Origin: Phycisphaerales bacterium
GTDB lineage: Bacteria; Planctomycetota; Phycisphaerae; Phycisphaerales; SM1A02
Direction of reading: 5' to 3'
NCBI GenBank assembly: GCA_018882625.1
Contig: VERO01000001.1
Location: 1-36,401, forward strand
Length of the DNA: 36,401 nt
The notes below the pieces were generated by a model. The model searched no databases. It was given only the letters and a program-made list of their open reading frames with translations, and was not told the DNA's origin. The translations under genes were made by a program, and so were the position numbers. This document shows, piece after piece, positions 18,026 through 26,224 of this stretch (positions are counted from its first letter, which is position 1; each line of letters begins with the position of its first letter).

Positions 18026-19402
18026 ATGATGCGTCGCGCCCCACATCTGCAGTGTGCGTACGCGGCATGCGCGCTCGCACTGCTCGCGCCTGGGACCGTC
18101 GCGTCCGCAGACTTGCCGAAGTACCTGCCGCAGCTGCAGGCCCGCGTCAGCGGCTTCGATGGATTCAACCTGCCCACGGGCAGCTCGTTCTCGAGCGGCA
18201 CGCCTGACATCGACGACCAGGGGATCGTCGCGTTCCGCCTGATCGGGGTCGGGCTCACTGGCATAGGCGGCATGTGGGTCGGCGCGAACGGCAGCGGCAG
18301 CATCGTGTACCAGGCGCCGAGCGCCGATCCCGTGATCACGGATCCCGGCATTGCCGCTGGTGCGGTCGTCTTCGACCAGTACACGCTCCCCGGCTCTCAG
18401 GGGCTTCGCCGGTACAGCATCCTCACTGGTCAGACATCCGTCGCGATCCAGCCGGGCGGTGCCATCGGCGTGACGTACTTCGGCTCGCCCCAGGTGCTCG
18501 ATGATGGGCGCATCGGATTCCGCGCAACCATCGGGTCCAGCAACTACGCGCACGTGATTCACTCGGCAGGCACCTCGACGGTGATCGTGGGCACCCCAGC
18601 TGCGCAGCCTGGCAGCCCATACAGCTTTCTCTTCACGCCTTCGTTCAACCAGGCTGGACATGTGGCAAGCAAGGTCCAGCGTGCCGCCGGCGGCAACGAG
18701 ATCAGGATCTTCCGCATCGACGGCACCTCAACGCTGATCGCGTCGGACGCCGCCGCTGCACCAGGCTCCCCCTACACGGGCTTCGACAACAGCGTCGCGC
18801 TGACGAGCACCGGCGACGTCGCCTTCATCGCGAGCCTCGGTGGCGGGGTGCGCGGAGTGTTCCTCTCCAACGGAACCGCCACCTCGCAGATTGCGCGCAC
18901 GCAGGCCGGCCAGATCAACGAGATCGAGTTCTTTGCGCCCGCAGCGAGCGACACCGGGCTCGTCGCATTCCGGGGCCGCGATGGCGCAGGCAAGCGCTCC
19001 ATATTCGTAGGCGACGGCACTGAGCTGGTGCGCGTGGTCGGCGACGGTTCGCCAATGCCGAGCGACCTTGGAGACGCCAAAGTCGGCCGACCCGACACCA
19101 GTCCCGTCTTCGGCGGCAATCCGCGCATGAACGCGCGGGGCGACCTTGTGTTCGGATGCTCGATCATGCCGCTTGGAAGTTCCTCTGGAACGTGGGGCTC
19201 CGCGGTGTACGTGCTTCGCGCCCAGGAGCCCAGACGCCCCGCCGACATCAACGGTGACGGCACGGTCAACGGGCTCGACCTCACGGCGCTGCTCGCGGCA
19301 TGGGGCGCGTGCCCGACTGCGGGCGACTGCGCGGCTGATGTGGACGGCAGCGGCACTGTGGATGGCCTTGACCTCACCGCACTGCTCGCCGACTGGGGCT
19401 GA
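18026..19402 (+). CDS. Secreted tandem-repeat (NxxGxxAF-type, propeller-like) protein with a C-terminal dockerin-like module
   Basis: Signal peptide MMRRAPHLQCAYAACALALLAPGTVASA. About seven recurrences of a x(D/N)xxGxV(A/V)F motif (DDQGIVAF, DDGRIGF, NQAGHVAS, TSTGDVAF, SDTGLVAF, NARGDLVF). The C-terminus is ADINGDGTVNGLDLTALLAAWG...DVDGSGTVDGLDLTALLADWG. Confidence 0.75.
   Translation: MMRRAPHLQCAYAACALALLAPGTVASADLPKYLPQLQARVSGFDGFNLPTGSSFSSGTPDIDDQGIVAFRLIGVGLTGIGGMWVGANGSGSIVYQAPSADPVITDPGIAAGAVVFDQYTLPGSQGLRRYSILTGQTSVAIQPGGAIGVTYFGSPQVLDDGRIGFRATIGSSNYAHVIHSAGTSTVIVGTPAAQPGSPYSFLFTPSFNQAGHVASKVQRAAGGNEIRIFRIDGTSTLIASDAAAAPGSPYTGFDNSVALTSTGDVAFIASLGGGVRGVFLSNGTATSQIARTQAGQINEIEFFAPAASDTGLVAFRGRDGAGKRSIFVGDGTELVRVVGDGSPMPSDLGDAKVGRPDTSPVFGGNPRMNARGDLVFGCSIMPLGSSSGTWGSAVYVLRAQEPRRPADINGDGTVNGLDLTALLAAWGACPTAGDCAADVDGSGTVDGLDLTALLADWG
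19241..19399 (+). other. Dockerin-like duplicated Ca-loop module (copy 1 of 4 in the window)
   Basis: ADINGDGTVNGLDLTALLAAWGACPTAGDCAADVDGSGTVDGLDLTALLADWG. These are two D-x-[ND]-G-D-G-x-[VI]-[ND]-x-x-D-L-x-x-L-L-x-x-W-G segments. Confidence 0.8.
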
Positions 19403-19473
19403 GCGGCTACCCGCATCTCAGGGTGACGGTCGAGCACGCTGCGATGCAGCTGCGGGCGGTGCGGACTCGGTTC

Positions 19474-19502
19474 GGCGGCCTCCACGCGCCGCTGGAGCCG
19501 CC
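19474..19502 (+). terminator. GC-rich hairpin downstream of 18026..19402 (possible terminator or RNA element)
   Basis: GGCGGcCTCCA-CGCGCCGC-TGGAGCCGCC gives 10 bp with one bulge and an 8-nt loop, about 70 nt after the stop. No U-tract follows. Confidence 0.25.
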
Positions 19503-19634
19503 TGCACGGCTCCTTCACAGAACCCTAACGAAGGCATCACGTGACTTTGCGCGCGTGGGGCCCATGATGGCAGTGCGGGTTCCCTCCCGCGCGGTTCCTG
19601 TCCCTTTCCCTACACCCTTCCAGGATTCGACATC

Positions 19635-20372
19635 ATGAAGAGCTTCGCCACCACCGGCGCTATCGCCTCCATCGCCATCGCGGCCTCCGCAAGCGCACAG
19701 GGAATCATCACGCAGTGGACGTTCGAGGGTGACACAACCACCGCCACCACCGGATCGGGAGTCGCGTCCCTCATTGGGGGCACAACCGCCACATTTGGCA
19801 GCGGCAGTGGCGCGAGTCCGAACACTGGTCGCGCGTGGAACACCACGACGTACCAGGCCCAGGGCGCTGGGTCCGGCACCGCCGGCGTGCAGTTCCTCGT
19901 GGACACCACCGGCTACCAGGGCATACAGCTCTCGTTCGAACACCGCGCATCGGGAACCGCATCGCGCTGGGCACAGGTCGACTACACGCTCGATGGCGGC
20001 GCGAGCTGGGTCACCGGCTTCTGGAACAATGGCGGTGGACTGTCGCCGCATGACTCCTTCTACAGCTTCACGGTGGACTTCTCAGGCGTGGCGGGCGCGG
20101 GCAACAACGCGGGCTTTGGCGTCCGCATCGTCTCGATCTTCTCGCCGACCGCGTTCAACCAGAACGGCACCTTGGCCTTCGGCGCCAATGCGGCATACAT
20201 GCGCGCAAACGCAGATGCGCGGTACGCGCCTGATGCGGGAGTCGGCACGGGTAACTACGGCACCAGCGGCACCTGGCGCTTCGACAACGTGACCTTCACG
20301 CCCGCCCCCGGCGCGGTTGCGCTGCTCGGAGTCGCGGGGCTGCTCGGAACGCGCCGCCGCCGCGCCGCGTGA
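19635..20372 (+). CDS. PEP-CTERM sorting domain-containing secreted protein
   Basis: Signal peptide MKSFATTGAIASIAIAASASAQG and a Gly/Thr-rich beta-type body. The C-terminus TPAPGAVALLGVAGLLGTRRRRAA has a PEP-like motif, a hydrophobic helix and an Arg cluster. Confidence 0.85.
   Translation: MKSFATTGAIASIAIAASASAQGIITQWTFEGDTTTATTGSGVASLIGGTTATFGSGSGASPNTGRAWNTTTYQAQGAGSGTAGVQFLVDTTGYQGIQLSFEHRASGTASRWAQVDYTLDGGASWVTGFWNNGGGLSPHDSFYSFTVDFSGVAGAGNNAGFGVRIVSIFSPTAFNQNGTLAFGANAAYMRANADARYAPDAGVGTGNYGTSGTWRFDNVTFTPAPGAVALLGVAGLLGTRRRRAA
20289..20369 (+). other. PEP-CTERM-type sorting signal
   Basis: VTFTPAPGAVALLGVAGLLGTRRRRAA lies at the extreme C-terminus. Confidence 0.8.
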
Positions 20373-20384
20373 TGCGCACACGCA

Positions 20385-20810
20385 TCAGTGTGGCTGGGCA
20401 TGCATCGCGACGCGAAAGTCGCGTGAGCTGGACGATGCCTTGAATTCGAGGTCCCTCTGCTCAAGAGGCGCGAGCGTGACAATCTCACGGGACGGAACCT
20501 CGAAGTCCTGCACAGGATCACCGCTCGCATCGAGCCAGATGACCCCGACCCACACGGTCGCGGGCGATGCAGTGATGTTGCGCACAGTCACCATCCCAGT
20601 CAGGCCCTCGCGATCAATCCGCCGAATCGACTCGACGCGCACGGCACCGACGGAAGTCGGCCGCACCGGCTGCGAACCCAGCACGAGCATCGCCCCATCA
20701 GCCGAGCTGCCCGGTACGCGATGGACAGGTTGATGCGATGCGCATCCGGCCACCAGGCATACGGCCGTGAGGCCCGTCGCCACCAGAGCATCCCCGAATC
20801 GATTCGTCAT
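20385..20810 (-). CDS. Lipoprotein, YcfL/DUF1425-like
   Basis: Start ATG at 20810 is preceded by GGAGGG. Lipobox LVAGC. The core VTVRNITASPATVWVGVIWLDASGDPV resembles the YcfL pattern (..N.s......Y...W.D..G). Confidence 0.6.
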   Translation of the reverse strand: MTNRFGDALVATGLTAVCLVAGCASHQPVHRVPGSSADGAMLVLGSQPVRPTSVGAVRVESIRRIDREGLTGMVTVRNITASPATVWVGVIWLDASGDPVQDFEVPSREIVTLAPLEQRDLEFKASSSSRDFRVAMHAQPH

Positions 20811-20920
20811 ACGTTGACCCTCCGTGACTGAACCATACTCTTGCCGAATGGCATGCGCGAACGATTGCGCATCAAAACCCTCCAAATGACCCCCTCACGT
20901 GGCGCAAGCGATACGCACCA

Positions 20921-20964
20921 TTGAAAAGACCAATAACCCGCCCCGTGGATCCATTGCGCGGGCT
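20921..20964 (-). terminator. Possible intrinsic terminator after 20985..21725
   Basis: On the minus strand, CCCGCGCAATGGATCCACGGGGCGGG (GC stem around the palindrome TGGATCCA) is followed by TTATTGGTCTTTTC. It sits about 20 nt after the stop codon. Confidence 0.35.
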
Positions 20965-20984
20965 GGGCCTGCGAGCGCCTTGGT

Positions 20985-21725
20985 TCAGCTGCTGCCTTCC
21001 CTCATGCGGTCCACGCCCTGCGGGAACGGGTAGCGCGCAAAGACCCCGGTGTGCGGGAAGTCCCACGCCGACACCGGCGGGTAGAAGTCGCCCTGATACC
21101 CCGCGTCGTACATCGCCTTGAGCACGGCCTCGCTGCTGGGCTCGCGACCGTTGTGGTCGAGCAGCCTGTTGCTCTTGGCGCCGAGGAACGAGATGGTCGC
21201 GACAGGGGTGCGGTCCGCGCGACCATCAAGCATGTGGCTGACCGTGCGGAATCCCCGGTAGATGTCCTCGAGCGTGAAGTGATCGCGGCCATGGGGCCGG
21301 AGCAGCGCGAGCACCAGCAGCCGGTCGAGGTCGAACTTCAGCACGTACGGCTCGCGGTCCTCCTTGGCGTGCACGTTGACTGCGGAGCGGAAGACCTTGG
21401 CGTAGCTCGTCGCGGACGCAAGCGTCCACTGGCTCGTGGGAATCAGCTTGAGGATCTCGCCGAGCACGCCATGCGAATTGTCAGCGTCGTTCACTCCGCA
21501 GATCAGCGTGCGGTAGTGGCCCTCCACCACGTCATCGAGCAGATGGTGGCCCCACATGATGCGGATGCGCCGCGTGGCATTCGCCGTGCGCGGATCGCCA
21601 GACGGCAGGATCGTCACCTTCGGCCCCTCGGACGGCACCTCCACCAGCCGGTCGCCATCGCCCTCGTACAGCCTCACCGCATGTGTGCCCGAAGGTCCCT
21701 TCGCCGGATTCGCCTTGCTGCTCAT
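20985..21725 (-). CDS. Conserved hypothetical protein (possible divergent macro-like fold)
   Basis: A 246-aa ORF with good coding look. LICGVNDADNSHGVLGEIL, LLVLALLRPHG and VATISFLGAKSN are loosely collinear with three macro-domain blocks. I recognise no firm motif. Confidence 0.55.
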   Translation of the reverse strand: MSSKANPAKGPSGTHAVRLYEGDGDRLVEVPSEGPKVTILPSGDPRTANATRRIRIMWGHHLLDDVVEGHYRTLICGVNDADNSHGVLGEILKLIPTSQWTLASATSYAKVFRSAVNVHAKEDREPYVLKFDLDRLLVLALLRPHGRDHFTLEDIYRGFRTVSHMLDGRADRTPVATISFLGAKSNRLLDHNGREPSSEAVLKAMYDAGYQGDFYPPVSAWDFPHTGVFARYPFPQGVDRMREGSS

Positions 21726-21847
21726 GGCGCCAGTATCGCATGGTTGCGCGACTCATGCAGCGGTTCGATGGCTGAGTATGAAGGGCACGCCTGCGGCCGG
21801 ATCTAGACTGGCTGCCCGGCGCGGGACACGTCCGCGGCCGCACGGCA

Positions 21848-23494
21848 ATGGCAGGCGCGATCACCCAGCACGAGCTCGTCGGCGCCCTCAGGGATCCGGT
21901 CGCGCTGGGCTGCGCGCAGGGCACTCCAGTGGATGTGGTGCACACCCACGCGTCGACGGTGCTGCTGTGCGGGGACCGTGCCTGGAAGCTCAAGAAGCCC
22001 GTGCAACTCGGGTTCCTCGACTTCTCCACGCTCGAGCGCCGCCGCGCGGACTGCGATCGCGAGATCGCGCTCAACCGTCGCCTAGCTCCTGAGATCTACC
22101 TCGGCCTGAGCGCCGTGGTGCGACGCGGCGCGGCGCTGCGGATGGTGGATGCACCCGTCGCTGTCGAGGAAGCCGTCGAGTGGGCCGTCCGGATGCGCCG
22201 GATGCCTGCCGATGGCATGCTGGACCGGCTCGTGCCGCGCGGCGGAGTGACTGCGCAGCACGTGCGCGAGTTCGCCCGTCGTCTCGCGGACTTCCATGCG
22301 AGTGCAGGGCCTGCCGTTGTGGCCCAAGACCACGGATCCGTGGAGCAGCTGGCAGATCGCCTGCGCAGCAACCTTGAGCGGCTCGCGCGCGGCGCTCTGT
22401 CGGCCCGTGGCGCGAAGGGCAGAGATGGCGGCCGGGCGGGGGATGCAGACATGCCCCTTCAGCAGGAGTTCGTCGATGCGCTGCGCCAGTCGGCCGAGCG
22501 GCTACTGGTGCGGGTGGCGCCGTTGCTGCACGAGCGCCGCGCACAGGGACGCGTGCGCGATGGCCATGGCGACCTGCATGCACGCAATCTGTGCATGATC
22601 GACGGGACCATCACCGCATACGACTGCCTCGAGTTCGACGACTCGCTCCGATGCGCGGACGTCGCCGCCGATGTCGGATTTCTCGCGATGGACCTCGCGC
22701 GCCTAGGCCGCAGTGACCTGGCCCAAGAGTTCGTCGCCGAGTACGCGAGGGCTAGCGGGGACAGCGGCATCGCAGAGCCTGTGCAGCTCTTCAGCGTCCA
22801 CTATGCCATCGTGAGGGCGATGGTGGAGTCGATCCGCCTGGACCAGGCCGATATGTCGCTCACCGAGCGTCCCGCAGTCGTCCGCGCGATCCGCGAGTTC
22901 GCCATGCTTGCAGCGGGATACGCGGTCGAGCCAGCCACCGTGATCATGATGGGGCTGCCCGCGACCGGCAAGAGCACGCTTGGCCGTGCGCTGGCTGGCC
23001 ACCTTCGCGCTCGGATCATCGAGAGCGACCGCATCCGCAAGGAGCTGCACGGCATCGCGCCGACCGCGAGGGGCACCCCTGAGATGTACAGCGCCGCCGC
23101 CACGGCGCTCACGTACGCCGAGCTTGCGAACAGGGCGCAATCCGCCGCCGGCTCGGTGGTGATCGATGCGTCGCACCACGCGAGGGCTGGTCGAGCGTCG
23201 TCGGTCGCGGCAGCCGCCGGGCGCAGCGGCCCATGGCTGCTGCTCGAGGTCGACGCGGATCGCGCCACGATCGAGGCGCGCATGCAGCAGCGTGCACGGG
23301 ACGCGTCGAGTGTCTCGGATGCCACGCTGGATGTGCACGAGAGGCTCCTAGGGCGGCGCGAGGCTCCTGAGGAGGTGGATCCGCAGCACCGGCTCCGTGT
23401 GGTCAGCCGCGACGGCGACGGGTGGATCGACGACGCGTGCCAGCGGGCGCTGGCCCATTTGATGTTGTGTCGGGACTCCGATGGCGTACCTTGA
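21848..23494 (+). CDS. Bifunctional aminoglycoside phosphotransferase-like kinase / P-loop (AAA-type) kinase fusion protein
   Basis: The N-terminal half has the APH/choline-kinase catalytic loop VRDGHGDLHARNLCM and DCLEFDD. The C-terminal third has the P-loop MMGLPATGKSTLGRAL. Confidence 0.8.
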   Translation: MAGAITQHELVGALRDPVALGCAQGTPVDVVHTHASTVLLCGDRAWKLKKPVQLGFLDFSTLERRRADCDREIALNRRLAPEIYLGLSAVVRRGAALRMVDAPVAVEEAVEWAVRMRRMPADGMLDRLVPRGGVTAQHVREFARRLADFHASAGPAVVAQDHGSVEQLADRLRSNLERLARGALSARGAKGRDGGRAGDADMPLQQEFVDALRQSAERLLVRVAPLLHERRAQGRVRDGHGDLHARNLCMIDGTITAYDCLEFDDSLRCADVAADVGFLAMDLARLGRSDLAQEFVAEYARASGDSGIAEPVQLFSVHYAIVRAMVESIRLDQADMSLTERPAVVRAIREFAMLAAGYAVEPATVIMMGLPATGKSTLGRALAGHLRARIIESDRIRKELHGIAPTARGTPEMYSAAATALTYAELANRAQSAAGSVVIDASHHARAGRASSVAAAAGRSGPWLLLEVDADRATIEARMQQRARDASSVSDATLDVHERLLGRREAPEEVDPQHRLRVVSRDGDGWIDDACQRALAHLMLCRDSDGVP

Positions 23495-23498
23495 GGCC

Positions 23499-25058
23499 AT
23501 GCGTGATGCGATCGTCCCTTGGCGGATCGTGAGCAGCCTCGTCGCGGCTGCGGCATGCGGCACCGCGCTTGCGGGCAGCGTGCCCACGACCACCGTCATC
23601 GTCCACGGCTTCTCGCCGAGCGGAAAGGGCGCGTGGGTGCAGGCGACCGCGTCCGCGGTGATCGCGCGGGTTGGTGGTCAGGGCACCGTGTACCGCTACC
23701 AGGATGAGTTCGGCGCGTGGACCCGTGTGCCTGGCATCGGCAACGGGAGCGCCGACCACATCGTGCTCATCTTCAACTGGGATGCGGACTCCGGGGGTGC
23801 GGAGGAGGGTCCCAACCTTGGTTACGTGCAGGCCGCGGGCGATGCCCTGCACGCCACGATGCGCGATGCCACGTACGCGCCAGGCTCATCTGGCCCAGCC
23901 GACCTGGTCACCGGACGCGCATCGCACTTCATCGGCCACAGCCGAGGTGCCTGCCTGATCAGCGAGGCGATCCTCAGGCTTGGCGTCGCGGGTATCGCCG
24001 TGGACCAGATGACGACCCTCGACCCGCATCCGGTCAACGGCACGCTCGACGCGCGCTACAACCTCAACTGGGGCGATCCTGTGCCCCAGCGCTGGAGCAA
24101 CGTCGCGTGGGCCGACAACTACTGGCGCGCAGACGGCGGTGGTCTCCTCAACGGCCTCGACTTCGACGGCATGCCGCTCGACAACGTGCTCAACGTGCAG
24201 CTCTCCGAGTCCCTGCTGAACTGCTGTGCGTACTCGTTCTCGCACTCCGATGTGCACCTGTGGTACTTCGGGACCATCAGCCTTGCGACGGGCGCGAGCA
24301 ACGGCGAGGAGACGGTCACGGCGCAGATGCGCAGCAGCTGGTGGCCTGAGGGCGCCGCGAACGTCGGATTCGCGCGAAGCGCGATCGGTGGCGCTGCTCG
24401 GCCCACGATCTCGCCGGGCATTGCGCCAAATCCGGCGCTTGCCCCCATCCTCCACAACGGCAACTTCGTTGGCGGCACGCGCGCGGGCTGGGCCATGCAC
24501 GGCGGATCCGGCGCCACGCTGCAGAGCGAATCGGGCAACTGGTTCGCCCGGCTCTCGTCAGCGCGGCCGCAGCTGACGCACAACCGCTCGTACCTGCCCG
24601 CGCCGCGCGACCCGTCGCGGCCGGTGCAGCTCTCGATGGCCGTGCGGCGCAGCGGCGCTGCCGGGTCAGGCGATGCGCTGCGTGTCGAGATCCAGGGAGC
24701 TGGTGACGAGACGGCAACGCCGGTACCTGGCGCATCGTGGCCGGTGTCCTCGCTGGGCACCTCCTTCGCAGGCGTCACCGTGCCCATCCCGCCCGAGCTG
24801 TGCGGCATGACTGCACGTCTCCACGTCGTGCTTGACGGCGGAGGCAATGGCATCGCATCCAATGTGGACATCGACGACATCGTGATCACCGTGCCGCCGC
24901 GCGCAGCGGACCTCAATGGAGACCTTCGGGTTGATGGCACGGACCTCGGTGCGCTGCTCGCGGCGTGGGGCCCATGCTCGGGCTGCCCGGCGGACATCAA
25001 CGGTGACGGGTCCGTCAACGCCATCGATCTCGCGGCGCTGCTTGCCGCATTGGGCTGA
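23499..25058 (+). CDS. Secreted alpha/beta hydrolase (lipase/esterase-like) with a beta-sandwich domain and a C-terminal dockerin-like module
   Basis: Signal peptide MRDAIVPWRIVSSLVAAAACGTALAGS. The block VIVHGF and the nucleophile elbow GHSRG are present. The C-terminus is ADLNGDLRVDGTDLGALLAAWGPCSGCPADINGDGSVNAIDLAALLAALG. I preferred the ATG at 23499 over 23481 because it avoids overlap and fits a signal peptide. Confidence 0.7.
   Translation: MRDAIVPWRIVSSLVAAAACGTALAGSVPTTTVIVHGFSPSGKGAWVQATASAVIARVGGQGTVYRYQDEFGAWTRVPGIGNGSADHIVLIFNWDADSGGAEEGPNLGYVQAAGDALHATMRDATYAPGSSGPADLVTGRASHFIGHSRGACLISEAILRLGVAGIAVDQMTTLDPHPVNGTLDARYNLNWGDPVPQRWSNVAWADNYWRADGGGLLNGLDFDGMPLDNVLNVQLSESLLNCCAYSFSHSDVHLWYFGTISLATGASNGEETVTAQMRSSWWPEGAANVGFARSAIGGAARPTISPGIAPNPALAPILHNGNFVGGTRAGWAMHGGSGATLQSESGNWFARLSSARPQLTHNRSYLPAPRDPSRPVQLSMAVRRSGAAGSGDALRVEIQGAGDETATPVPGASWPVSSLGTSFAGVTVPIPPELCGMTARLHVVLDGGGNGIASNVDIDDIVITVPPRAADLNGDLRVDGTDLGALLAAWGPCSGCPADINGDGSVNAIDLAALLAALG
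24906..25055 (+). other. Dockerin-like duplicated module (copy 2 of 4)
   Basis: ADLNGDLRVDGTDLGALLAAWGPCSGCPADINGDGSVNAIDLAALLAALG. Confidence 0.8.
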
Positions 25059-25060
25059 GC

Positions 25061-25387
25061 GTGACCAGTCGTGCGCGATTGCGCGGCAAGCCCCTGGTCG
25101 CGAAGGCCCCGGTCGCAAACGCACGGCCTGTCGAGCCGTCGCTCGCCGACCTCCGCAACGTCGGTCCCGCAACGGTCACGGACCTCTCGAAGCTGGGCAT
25201 CCGCTCTGTGCGCCAACTGGCGACCCAGGATGCGTTCGAGCTCTACGAGAGGCTCTGCAGGATCACGCGGCAGCGCCACGATCCCTGCGTGATCGACGTG
25301 TTCATGTCGGCCATCGACCAGGCTCGCGGCGGCAAGGCCCGTCCCTGGTGGCACTACACGCCGCAGCGCAAGCGCCGCATGGCGTAG
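25061..25387 (+). CDS. Helix-hairpin-helix domain protein (Cdd1 / 'pathogenicity locus' family-like)
   Basis: 108 aa. LRNVGPATVTDLSKLGI, ELYERL, DPCVIDVF and WWHYT..RK fit the small HhH family. GTG start at 25061. Confidence 0.6.
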   Translation: MTSRARLRGKPLVAKAPVANARPVEPSLADLRNVGPATVTDLSKLGIRSVRQLATQDAFELYERLCRITRQRHDPCVIDVFMSAIDQARGGKARPWWHYTPQRKRRMA

Positions 25388-25390
25388 CGC

Positions 25391-26224
25391 TCAGCCGCCG
25401 GTGGCGGGCGTCTGCGAAGTGGCCAGGGTCAGGTGCGGCATGATCGCGTCCGCCCACACGGCGTATCCCTTGGGCGACAGGTGCAGCGCGTCGGGCATCA
25501 GCTCGGTCGGGATCTTGCCGTCCACGTCGATGAAGCGCACGCCGAAGTCCAGGAACCTCACCGCACCCCCGGATCCCGCCGCGGGGCCGGATGCAGAGCC
25601 CGTCGCAGGTCCAGACTCGCCCGTGGCACCGAACTCCCTGACCAGCGCCTGGTTCACCTGTAGCAGCTCGCCGCGCATCGCGTTCATGGCAGCGCCCCGG
25701 GGCAGGATCCCGCACAGGATCACGGTTGCTGCCGGCGCTTGCGCGCGCACGAGGGCCACAACCGCACGCACGCCGGCGAGAGCCGCGGCAGCGCCATCAC
25801 GCCCATGCCCGATGTTGTTCGTGCCGATCATGATCACGACGGCCTTGGGGTTGAGCCGGCTGAGCGGCGCCTGCGACAGGCGCCACAGCACATGCTCCGT
25901 GCGATCTCCGCCTACGCCTAGGTTGACTGCGCCCAGCGGCTCAATGCGCTCACGCCACACGGTGCTGCCCTCGGCCTCCCAGGACTGCGTGATCGAGTCG
26001 CCGATGAACACCACATTCGCGGGCGGCGACGTGCGCGCGCGCTCGAGCACAGCTGCCTGACGCGCGGCACCGCCTGGGTCCTCCCGCGGAGCGGGCACAG
26101 TGGAGACCTGGACGTCCGCAGCGCCTGCGGCAATCGCGGCAGCGCCGAGCGCCGCAGCGCCCCGTACCAATGCCCGAAGCGTCCGGTTGCGCCCGTTCCC
26201 ATCGCACTGTGCCGATGTGCTCAT
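25391..26224 (-). CDS. SGNH/GDSL hydrolase family esterase
   Basis: Blocks I FIGDSIT, II GVGGDRT, III MIGTNN and V DALHLS. A signal-like N-terminus is present. The ATG at 26222-26224 overlaps the stop of the upstream gene. Confidence 0.88.
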   Translation of the reverse strand: MSTSAQCDGNGRNRTLRALVRGAAALGAAAIAAGAADVQVSTVPAPREDPGGAARQAAVLERARTSPPANVVFIGDSITQSWEAEGSTVWRERIEPLGAVNLGVGGDRTEHVLWRLSQAPLSRLNPKAVVIMIGTNNIGHGRDGAAAALAGVRAVVALVRAQAPAATVILCGILPRGAAMNAMRGELLQVNQALVREFGATGESGPATGSASGPAAGSGGAVRFLDFGVRFIDVDGKIPTELMPDALHLSPKGYAVWADAIMPHLTLATSQTPATGG

